A stretch of DNA of 64,000 nt from the IMG/VR virus record IMGVR_UViG_3300042866_001263, one strand, 5' to 3'. The stretch comes from a virus. Taxonomy: Duplodnaviria > Caudoviricetes. Of this stretch, positions 26,916-35,200 are shown piece by piece. The notes under the pieces were generated by a model. The model ran no database searches and had not been told where the DNA came from. It saw only the letters and a program-made list of their open reading frames with translations. Both the position numbers and the translations under genes were made by a program. Within the stretch, counting starts at the first letter, position 1. Each line of letters starts with the position of its first letter.

Positions 26916-27952
26916 CAAAATATTCTTATGCTGCCAGTAAAAGAGTATATGATACCTTATACGCAAATGGTCCAGCAAAACCAACCACACCAGACGAAAC
27001 TCAACAGCTAGATAAAGCACCAAGATACAATACTTGGTACAAAGGTGCTTTAACTAGGTCAGAGATCTATGAAAGAATGTTTCCTGATGGTCAGACTTGT
27101 GCTCTACGCATTGATGGACCTAGTGATGGATTTATCACATTTGATAATACTGGAAGCATTAAAATCGTAACTGGAATACATGATCCAGAGATTGGCGCTG
27201 GCAGTGGAAAATTAGCAATTAGAACCCATGGTCAGCAGCAACAGCATCTTGAAAGAACAGATATTGAATACAGCGCAGGAACAGATGGTGAAGGTCAGGC
27301 GCTGAATATCATTGCTTATGGTGATGTTGTTGAAAGTGCTACTGGAAGTGAGAGGCATATTTACGCACAAAAAATTATTATATCCGCTGCTGAAGAATTA
27401 ATTATAGCAGGACAGACAGTAAAAATTCAAGCTAACAATGGTGCTGGTACTATTGAATTATATGCTGGAAGTGTAGAAAAAACAACTACCAATGATAAGG
27501 AAGTTGTGACAGGTCAAAAGATGACCTTTGGAGCATCCGAGACTACTAATCTACAATTTGATCCTCGTGCTTCTGTCAATTGGATATCACCTGGGCATGT
27601 AAATTGGAAGATACTTGGGGATTATCAGCAGTGGGTTGGTGGGGCGTCTCAACAAGTTATTGCTGGTGGAAAACCAGTTCCTCCACTAATTAAAGATAGA
27701 TCCGAAACATATCAGGTTAGCACCCTTCTTGGTGGTATTAGATTTACTGCTGCTACAGAAGATATCACATTTGCTGCAACAACTGGTGGATTTTATGGTT
27801 ATAGCGTTACTGGTATTGATCTTGCATCTACTACTGGAGATATTCTAATCAGTTCTGGTGCTGGAAGTATTGATATTATCTCTGGAGCTAATGTTAACAT
27901 CACTGCTACTGCAAATGTTGCTATTCAAGGTGCTTTAATTCTTCTCAACTAA
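26912..27952 (+). CDS. gp5 C-terminal-like beta-helix protein
   Basis: ATGA-coupled to the previous ORF; repetitive beta-strand C-terminus. Confidence 0.65.
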   Translation: MTKYSYAASKRVYDTLYANGPAKPTTPDETQQLDKAPRYNTWYKGALTRSEIYERMFPDGQTCALRIDGPSDGFITFDNTGSIKIVTGIHDPEIGAGSGKLAIRTHGQQQQHLERTDIEYSAGTDGEGQALNIIAYGDVVESATGSERHIYAQKIIISAAEELIIAGQTVKIQANNGAGTIELYAGSVEKTTTNDKEVVTGQKMTFGASETTNLQFDPRASVNWISPGHVNWKILGDYQQWVGGASQQVIAGGKPVPPLIKDRSETYQVSTLLGGIRFTAATEDITFAATTGGFYGYSVTGIDLASTTGDILISSGAGSIDIISGANVNITATANVAIQGALILLN

Positions 27953-27977
27953 ATATACCAGTAGTGAAGGGGTTTTT

Positions 27978-28304
27978 ATGCTATCTACCCAATATCGTCT
28001 TCGCTTAGAAGCGATCTGTGACAAGATTATAGCACAAGAAGGAGTGAGTTTGGAAGATATGATATGGGCAGAAAAGTTAGCAAAATCCAATAGATCAGCA
28101 GCAACAATTCTCCGTCAAGCAAGAAGAAAAGCAGAAAATCCTGACATGGTTGAGGGAGATATGGATGACTTCTTAAACCAACTTGATATTGGTGGGATTG
28201 GTCACGAAGCAAAAGGTATTGCTCGTTTCAATTCTGTAGATGAAATTGTTGATTTCTTCACAGATGACAGAGACAAACCCGAAGACTGGCGCCAAAGGGA
28301 TTGA
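27978..28304 (+). CDS. conserved hypothetical protein
   Basis: 108-aa ORF after TAAATA at 27950. Confidence 0.75.
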   Translation: MLSTQYRLRLEAICDKIIAQEGVSLEDMIWAEKLAKSNRSAATILRQARRKAENPDMVEGDMDDFLNQLDIGGIGHEAKGIARFNSVDEIVDFFTDDRDKPEDWRQRD

Positions 28305-28355
28305 CAGAACCTCAGAAAACGAGTAGGATAACTCTGTTCACGGTTCGGGTAAGTA

Positions 28356-28559
28356 ATGGCTTTAGGAAAACAAGTTCAAGAGAGCCTTAAAGAGGCAGAA
28401 GCTTCTTTACGTAATGCTCTCGCTTTTGCTGCTAGGCAAGAACGACCAGTAGTATGCAGTCAAATCGCTAAGTTGATTAACGAGATTGACCATATCGGAT
28501 CATTTGATGGTATAATGGATAAGTTAGAGGAGATGACTAATGACAAAGAAAAATTTTAA
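28356..28559 (+). CDS. hypothetical protein
   Basis: Downstream of TTGACA(28301)-17-TAGGAT. Confidence 0.7.
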   Translation: MALGKQVQESLKEAEASLRNALAFAARQERPVVCSQIAKLINEIDHIGSFDGIMDKLEEMTNDKEKF

Positions 28560-28680
28560 GCGCATCGACAGCAAAGGTCATGAGGAAATTTGGGAATGGG
28601 ATGAGACGCCTGAGCTCAAAGCATTCATCAAGTCCCAGACCACTTCAAAAATTGTCACACCCCCTGTGCGCCCTACATAG
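28540..28680 (+). CDS. hypothetical protein (46 aa)
   Basis: Manual translation MTKKNFKRIDSKGHEEIWEWDETPEL... Confidence 0.5.
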   Translation: MTKKNFKRIDSKGHEEIWEWDETPELKAFIKSQTTSKIVTPPVRPT

Positions 28681-28716
28681 TATGTGCTATAATTACTAGG
28701 TAATCGAGACGAGACG

Positions 28717-28845
28717 ATGACTACGCTTCCAAACTGGCAACACCACTCCAATAAAGAGCAGAAGCGTAGTCTGAAACCTCAGGCATTACGCCAAGCAAAG
28801 AAACGCAAGCAGGCATTAAAAGCGAAACTATTAGTGCGAATATGA
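28717..28845 (+). CDS. small basic protein (42 aa)
   Basis: MTTLPNWQHHSNKEQKRSLKPQALRQAKKRKQALKAKLLVRI, after the early promoter element. Confidence 0.6.
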   Translation: MTTLPNWQHHSNKEQKRSLKPQALRQAKKRKQALKAKLLVRI

Positions 28846-28871
28846 TACCCTTATAGATGATATCCCTTTGC

Positions 28872-28943
28872 GGGAGTGTCGCCTATGGGTTAAGGCCATC
28901 GCCTTATAAGCGGTAGAACTGGGTTCAAGTCCCAGCATTCCCA
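28872..28943 (+). tRNA. tRNA-Ile(TAT)
   Basis: Cloverleaf; anticodon TAT at 28905-28907. Confidence 0.85.
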
Positions 28944-28995
28944 TTAGTTAGAGCAGTCGTATAAATAGTATTGATCTAACTAACTAATTAAAAAA

Positions 28996-29373
28996 ATGAT
29001 TGGTAAGTGTGTAACCTGCGAAAAAGAGTTCAAGTATATGCCGTCACAATCGACAGGTAAATACTGCTCTCGCAAATGTCAGCAAGACAACCAAGATCGT
29101 AAATATATTACAGAATGGTTGAACGGCACAAAATCTGGTATAATAAGGGGTAACTCACTCTCTGGTTATGTTAGAAGGCATTTGCTAGAAGAAGCAGAAT
29201 ACAAGTGCTCTCAGTGTAGTTGGTCTGGTGTTAATCCAGTTTCTGGTAATACAACATTAGAAATTGACCACATCGATGGCAATAGAAAAAATGCCAGTAA
29301 AGACAATCTTAGAGTATTATGTCCTAACTGTCATTCGCTAACGCCCACTTATCGAGCATTAAACATCAAGTAG
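28996..29373 (+). mobile_element. free-standing HNH (homing) endonuclease gene inside the tRNA cluster
   Basis: CxxC...LEIDHIDG.R.N...NLRVLCPNCH; own TATAAATA at 28960. Confidence 0.88.
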
Positions 29374-29445
29374 CTCCTTTAGCAATCTGGCGAATGCACC
29401 GAACTCATAATTCGGCTAAGGTGGGTTCGATCCCCTCAAGGAGCA
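29373..29445 (+). tRNA. tRNA-Met(CAT), elongator-type (Ile2 not excluded)
   Basis: GCTCCTT/AAGGAGC acceptor stem; CTCATAA loop. Confidence 0.85.
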
Positions 29446-29450
29446 CCTAC

Positions 29451-29523
29451 GCCCGTGTAGTCCAGCGGAAGAGACAGAGGACTTAAAATCCTTCCAGGGT
29501 CGGTTCGAATCCGACCACGGGCA
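29451..29523 (+). tRNA. tRNA-Leu(TAA) with short variable loop
   Basis: GCCCGTG/CACGGGC acceptor stem; CTTAAAA loop. Confidence 0.85.
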
Positions 29524-29567
29524 TTCCTGTGTAAATAGTAACAGGAAATTTTGAGAGATCAAATGTA

Positions 29568-29849
29568 ATGACAACAATTAAGTACACCATCACTCGAAAG
29601 CATGTCTTTGTTGACAACGAACCAGTGTTGATGTATTATATTGAAAATATGCCATTCGCATTTGATCTTTTAGATCAAGATGAAAAACATGACAAATGGA
29701 TTTTGGCTGAAGCAGCACTAAATCAAGAATATACTATGGAAGATATCTTCCGTTATTCTGACTATCTTATCGCTGAAGAATGCCACCCAGTTTTGTTTGA
29801 ATTGCCCTTAGTTAATCCTGAAGTTTTGCCAGATGAACCAGTTTCTTGA
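29568..29849 (+). CDS. hypothetical protein
   Basis: 93-aa ORF after TAAATA at 29532. Confidence 0.7.
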   Translation: MTTIKYTITRKHVFVDNEPVLMYYIENMPFAFDLLDQDEKHDKWILAEAALNQEYTMEDIFRYSDYLIAEECHPVLFELPLVNPEVLPDEPVS

Positions 29850-30357
29850 ATACCTTGAAGGCACCTTTGCTAACAAACATCAAGCACAGTCTCATCCTAC
29901 TCGTTATGCTCACATTCGTGTAAGTCATCGTCGTATTGGTGAGAAACGGTTTTATGGTGAACAGGCATATAACTATCTTCTAAATAACCCATATCGTCAG
30001 TTTGTAATTGACGTTGAGGTTGAGAAGGGGCAATTTCGTCTCAAAAATTATGAGATTGAAGATCCTAAACGTTTTGCGGAATGTAAAGATCTCGAACTCA
30101 TTACGGACGACATCTTGACATATCGCCAGGGTTGCGATATAATTATTACACAGACTGGACCAGAAATGTTCCAGGGTGGTACATCTACTTGTGAGTGTTG
30201 GGTTGATTGGCAAGGCATAAAAACCTATGTTCAAAATGAAGTCACACTCACAAAAGATGAATACCATGTAGTTGATAAAGGACTACATGCTGAAACCCAC
30301 GAAAAGATTTGGGGTTCCGATTGGGGAGCGTTCAAATTTGTTAGAATGCCCTTGTAG
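29833..30357 (+). CDS. cpeT: T-type phycobiliprotein lyase (CpcT/CpeT family)
   Basis: LEGTFANKHQAQSHP..YAHI, EQAY, PYRQ, GCD, WGS..GAFKF. Confidence 0.85.
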   Translation: MNQFLEYLEGTFANKHQAQSHPTRYAHIRVSHRRIGEKRFYGEQAYNYLLNNPYRQFVIDVEVEKGQFRLKNYEIEDPKRFAECKDLELITDDILTYRQGCDIIITQTGPEMFQGGTSTCECWVDWQGIKTYVQNEVTLTKDEYHVVDKGLHAETHEKIWGSDWGAFKFVRMPL

Positions 30358-30419
30358 CTCAGTGGTAGAGCAGCGGTTTTGTAAACCGCTGGTCGTCTGT
30401 TCGAATCAGATCGGGGGCT
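30348..30419 (+). tRNA. tRNA-Thr(TGT)
   Basis: Cloverleaf; anticodon at 30380-30382. Confidence 0.9.
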
Positions 30420-30587
30420 CTTGAAAGGACTGGAAATATTCGGTTCTTTCTCGAAATCCTAAGTTTTCTTAGGTCGGGGATTTGATCACCCCCGCTCGTA
30501 GGAACCAAAACCTCTCCTTGGTCTTAGTATTCTGTGTCCAAGTGAAGTAAAGAGGGGGGCTTAAGGTGATGCTCCCCCCTCCTACCA
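30420..30587 (+). ncRNA. structured non-tRNA RNA between tRNA-Thr and tRNA-Ala
   Basis: Five or six helices identified by eye; ends in CCA. Confidence 0.5.
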
Positions 30588-30590
30588 TTA

Positions 30591-30663
30591 GGGGAATTAG
30601 CTCAGTTGGTAGAGCACCTGCTTTGCAAGCAGGCTGTCAGGAGTTCGAGTCTCCTATTCTCCA
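30591..30663 (+). tRNA. tRNA-Ala(TGC)
   Basis: GGGGAATTAGCTCAG...; anticodon at 30624-30626. Confidence 0.95.
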
Positions 30664-30682
30664 TGAGTTTACTATAACTCTT

Positions 30683-30838
30683 ATGTCTCTCATTTCAAAA
30701 CCTGACCGAGATCTCGCCATCGAGGCGCTAGATTTTTACCTTTTCAATAAACAGTATGACATCAGTGAAACAAAAAGAATGGAAATCAACGCCCTTCTTA
30801 ATTGGCTCAAACTGGAAAATTTCAAACATGAAAATTAA
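30683..30838 (+). CDS. hypothetical protein (51 aa)
   Basis: MSLISKPDRDLAIEAL...; start trimmed from the track ORF. Confidence 0.6.
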   Translation: MSLISKPDRDLAIEALDFYLFNKQYDISETKRMEINALLNWLKLENFKHEN

Positions 30839-30998
30839 TCTCTGGTATTGCGTTGAAATGAAGCAATGGCGCTGGTCTCTTACAGATGATCATCGTCCGA
30901 TTGTTCGCCAAGAAAGCGGACAACGACCACATCTACGTGATGCTATGAATGACATAGCAAATACTGTAGAATATATGATGGACAGTCAACAGTCCTGA
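30828..30998 (+). CDS. hypothetical protein (56 aa)
   Basis: MKINLWYCVEMKQWRW...; start trimmed. Confidence 0.6.
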   Translation: MKINLWYCVEMKQWRWSLTDDHRPIVRQESGQRPHLRDAMNDIANTVEYMMDSQQS

Positions 30999-31006
30999 TT
31001 TTTCAT

Positions 31007-31078
31007 TCCCCTATAGCTCAACGGCAGAGCAGAGAGCTGTTAACTCTAAGGTTCCTCGTTCGAATCGAGGTGGGGGAG
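31007..31078 (+). tRNA. tRNA-Asn(GTT)
   Basis: Cloverleaf; anticodon at 31039-31041. Confidence 0.9.
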
Positions 31079-31081
31079 TTT

Positions 31082-31163
31082 GGGTAGGTGTCCGAGTGGT
31101 TAATGGAAACGGACTGTAAATCCGTCGGCTCCGCCTTCGGGGGTTCGAATCCCTCCCTGCCCA
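31082..31163 (+). tRNA. tRNA-Tyr(GTA)
   Basis: Long variable arm; anticodon at 31116-31118. Confidence 0.92.
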
Positions 31164-31350
31164 TATAAATATACACACAATGGTGAACATCATGTCTAAC
31201 TTCAGCAAGCAAATTGAGATTAAGATTAGCGATTGCCGCCAGGATATCGCCAAATCCCTCCTGCTTGCTAATATGTAACAATCGATACATAAGCAAGATT
31301 TATCAGGGGGGCAGTTGACAAAACCGCCCCCCTATTTTATTGTAGATACA

Positions 31351-31385
31351 TCGGTGGGGGATCCACCACGGTGGGGGATCCACCA
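31351..31385. repeat. tandem 17/18-bp palindromic repeat
   Basis: CGGTGGGGGATCCACCA followed by CGGTGGGGGATCCCACCA. Confidence 0.85.
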
Positions 31386-31408
31386 GCACCTTGAAAATTT
31401 AATCTCAT

Positions 31409-31481
31409 GGGTCTGTAACTCAGTTGGTAGAGTAGCGGGCTTTTAACCTGTAAGTCGTCGGTTCGAGCCCGACCAGACCCA
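31409..31481 (+). tRNA. tRNA-Lys(TTT)
   Basis: Cloverleaf; anticodon at 31442-31444. Confidence 0.92.
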
Positions 31482-31484
31482 TTT

Positions 31485-31556
31485 GACCCTATAGTGAAGC
31501 GGTTATCACGCCACCCTGTCACGGTGGTATCACGAGTTCAAATCTCGTTAGGGTCG
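31485..31556 (+). tRNA. tRNA-Asp(GTC)
   Basis: Cloverleaf; anticodon at 31518-31520. Confidence 0.92.
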
Positions 31557-31604
31557 TTGCTACGCTGCCTGTGGAGTGCCCCTCTTTGGCGGTTGTAGCA
31601 TCAA

Positions 31605-31676
31605 GTTCCTATCGACTAGCGGTTAGGTCACCACCCTTTCAAGGTGGCAGCACGGGTTCGAATCCCGTTAGGAATA
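31605..31676 (+). tRNA. tRNA-Glu(TTC)
   Basis: Cloverleaf; anticodon at 31638-31640. Confidence 0.92.
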
Positions 31677-31680
31677 CTAT

Positions 31681-31752
31681 GGAACCGTAGCTCAGCGGTA
31701 GAGCACTCGGCTGATAACCGAGCGGTCACAAGTTCAAATCTTGTCGGTTCCA
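31681..31752 (+). tRNA. tRNA-Ile(GAT)
   Basis: Cloverleaf; anticodon at 31713-31715. Confidence 0.92.
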
Positions 31753-31756
31753 CCTT

Positions 31757-31843
31757 GGAAGATTGGCTGAGAGGTCTAAAGCAACGGTTTGCTAAACCGT
31801 CGAAGGATTAATCCTTCCGTTGGTTCGAATCCAACATCTTCCG
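31757..31843 (+). tRNA. tRNA-Ser(GCT)
   Basis: Long variable arm; anticodon at 31791-31793. Confidence 0.92.
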
Positions 31844-31845
31844 TA

Positions 31846-31926
31846 GGACTCCAGCAATGTGCTTGCTAGGATATAAAAGACTGACGCCTCCCTCTGCAGA
31901 AAGAGTAACCATCAGGTCAGCGTCCA
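31846..31926 (+). ncRNA. structured ~80-nt spacer RNA between tRNA-Ser and tRNA-Gln
   Basis: GGAC/GTCC closing helix, two internal arms, ends GTCCA. Confidence 0.45.
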
Positions 31927-31931
31927 TGTAA

Positions 31932-32003
31932 TCTGAGGTCGCCAAGTGGTAAGGCAGCGGGTTTTGGTCCCGCTATTCGTGGGTTCGAATCCTACTCTCA
32001 GAA
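31932..32003 (+). tRNA. tRNA-Gln(TTG)
   Basis: Cloverleaf; anticodon at 31964-31966. Confidence 0.9.
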
Positions 32004-32006
32004 CCT

Positions 32007-32080
32007 ACTCTCTTAGCTCAGTGGATTAGAGCACTTGACTACGGATCAAGGTGTCGTAGGTTCAAATCCTACAGAGAGTG
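32007..32080 (+). tRNA. tRNA-Arg(ACG)
   Basis: Cloverleaf; anticodon at 32041-32043. Confidence 0.9.
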
Positions 32081-32209
32081 TTGTTCTAATAAAAACTATG
32101 AATAAAATAAAAGGTGACTGTACTTGGTCTGAACAATTTGGATATATTTGGTTGTGTGTAAGTGAAATTATCAAAATGCAGATCCAGGGAGACAACTACC
32201 AACCTTCCG

Positions 32210-32217
32210 TATAAATA
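32210..32217 (+). promoter_or_regulatory. T4-type late promoter
   Basis: Perfect TATAAATA 40 nt before the giant ORF. Confidence 0.8.
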
Positions 32218-32256
32218 ACTTGAAGGAATAAGTCACGCCGCAGGGTCTGTATAATC

Positions 32257-35200
32257 ATGCCATTAACACGTCTGGATAACCTTATCAGTTCAAAAACTGG
32301 TAAGTATCTTTATGTTTCTCCCGATGATTTTAACGCAACAGATGCGTTATCAAACAGAGGTAATTCGCCAATCACTCCATTCAAGAGTATCCAACGTGCC
32401 TTCCTAGAAATCGCCAGATATTCATACCTTCCTGGCAAGGATAATGATCGTTTTGACCAGTTCAGCATCATGCTGATGCCTGGTATTCACTATATCGATA
32501 ACCGCCCAGGTCTTGTAGATACCAATGGTATCGATACATTTGGATTTGATCAGGCATTGAATGCTTGGACTGATAATAGCATCCTTGATATTTCAAATCC
32601 AGATAACGTACTATACAAGTTCAACAATACTGAGGGTGGTGCTATCATCCCTCGTGGTTCATCACTTGTTGGTTATGACCTTCGTAGAACAACGATTAGA
32701 CCTCTCTACGTTCCAGATCCTGCATCTGTAATCGTTCCTCGTTCTGCAATCTTTAACGTAACTGGTGGTTGCTACTTCTGGCAGTTTACCATTAAAGATG
32801 GTCAGACAACTTCAGAATCTCCACTTTATAATCCTTCTGAAGGAACTGGTGAAGTCTATTACGATCCAACAGACTTTACTAGAAAGACAGCACCTAATTT
32901 CTCTCACCACAAACTAACAGTATTTGAATATGCAGATGCTGAAGAGCTATCACTGTTCTATAGAAAGATTGGTAAAGCATTCTCTGCATATCAACCAACA
33001 ATTGATGATCCAGGTGAATTTGGATTTAACATTCAAGAGAACAGAATTGTAGGTCCTCTTTCTGACAGTCGTGTTATTGAATCTCTGAAGTTTGTAGATT
33101 CCACAACAGATCCTAGTATTCCTGCTTCAACTACTGAGGTTCAAGTAACAACAAAAGTTGATCACGGTTATTTCTCTGGTCAGTTTGTTTCAGTTTCAAA
33201 CACTCAAATTGATGATGTCCTAGAAGGATTTTTCCCAATCAAAGAGATTGATGCGAATGATCCTCGTAAGTTTATTTACGAAGTACCAGTTGTTGTTGGT
33301 GCTATTGGAACCAATATCGTATCTGGTCAAACAATTAGCGTAGATACTACACCAGCACTTGGACAAAACGCACAAACTCTTGCTGAGGTTGATAGCGTTG
33401 AATCTGCATCTCCATATGTCTTCAACGTTTCAATTCGTTCTACTTGGGGTATTTGTGGTATCTGGGCAAATGGTCTGAAAGCCACTGGTTTCAGATCAAT
33501 GGTTATTGCTCAGTACACTGGTGTTTCTCTACAGAAAGACGATAGAGCATTCATCCGTTACGATGAGTATTCAAACACTTGGAACCAAGCATCTCTAGCA
33601 GATGCGTTTGCTACCGTTCCTTATCACGCAAAGGGTGATAGCTATTGGAAAGATGAGTGGAGAAACTTCCACGTTCGTGCTTCTGAAGATGCATTCATTC
33701 AGAACGTTTCGATCTTCGCTGTTGGTTTCGCTGATCACTTCCTAATGGAAAGTGGTGGTGACATGTCGATCACCAACTCTAACTCCAACTTCGGTAATAC
33801 TTCTCTACATGCTATTGGTTTCAAAGGTTTCTCCTTTAACCAAGATAAGGCAGGATATATTACCGATATCATCCCACCAAAGAAATCACTAGAAAGCACT
33901 GCAACTACAAAGAAAGTTGCTTACTATACTGTTGATATCCAGGGAACAATTCAGAATTCAAACAACTATACTAAGTTGTTCTTAGGTAGTGATGATATCA
34001 TCACTCCAACTGAGCGTCCTGCTGCAACAATTGACGGTTTTAGAATTGGTGCTAAGACTGGAGATAAACTGTATGTTAAACTAGGATCACTAACTCCTGG
34101 TGGTAACGAAGTATTTGAAGTAGAACTTCAACCAACTGGTTTCCTTAAGTATATTGCAAAAGGATCTATCTTAAATCCATCTGGATTTGCAATCAATAAT
34201 ATTACAGCTGATGCTGCTAATCTAATTGAAAGCAACCGCACGATGATCCAAGAAGAAGTTTTTGGATACATTCTTGAGAAGTACCCTGCACTTCAGAACA
34301 TTCCTTATGTTAACCCAGGTCTCAATCCTGCTGCTGGTCGTTACTTTGATGCTCGCAATCTAATTCTTGCAAACCGTCAAGAGATTGTTGATACAGCATT
34401 CAACCAAATGGTTGAAACATTTGGTATTGGTAATATCCAAGGTGTTGCTGATGGTAAGTGTAAGCGTGACATTGGATTTATTGTTGATGCTATCGCAGAA
34501 GACCTTAGAGACGGTGGTAACCTCAATACGATTGAAGCTGCCAAGTTCTATTTCAATGGTGATGGATCACCACTACAGAATGGTCTAGTTGGTGAAGAAA
34601 ACTATGCTGTGTTTGCTTTCAATAGAGCAAGAGATCTTTGCAAGAAAGCAATTGCTAACCTATTGACGGTTAAAGCAAATATTCACGATCCAGATACTAA
34701 TAGTGTATTCAACAAGCCTGGTAACCCATATGGTTATCTCTTCGGTTCCTATGGTTCCGATGGTGGACTGAATAGTGCTGGTGTAACTGTAGACGATTCC
34801 AACAAGCAGGATCCAGCGGGTCGTTATAAGGATGCCCGTAATCGTATTCTCGCTAACAGAGAGTTCATCCTCGATGCTGCACTTGCTGAAGTTGCTGTTT
34901 ATCACCCAGATTTCTACATTCCTGGAGATACTCAAAGCAACGTACAATCTCGCTTTGCTGACTCTTATCGTCTAATCCGTCGTAACAGTAAGGAAATTAC
35001 TGATAGAGCACTTGCTAAGATCGCTGTAGACTATCCTGATTTCTACTTCCCTGGTGACGCACAGACGACTGCCGATTCTCGCTTCTATGATAGCTACCGT
35101 CTAATTCAGCAGAACAAGACTGAGATTATCAATACAGCATGGACCAACATGGTCACCCTGTATCCTGGTGTTGCTTCCACTGAAACAAAGTGTAAGAGAG

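Noticed and set aside
29373-29445. tRNA(CAT) as an initiator tRNA
   Set aside because: G1-C72 is paired and the anticodon stem lacks the three consecutive G-C pairs
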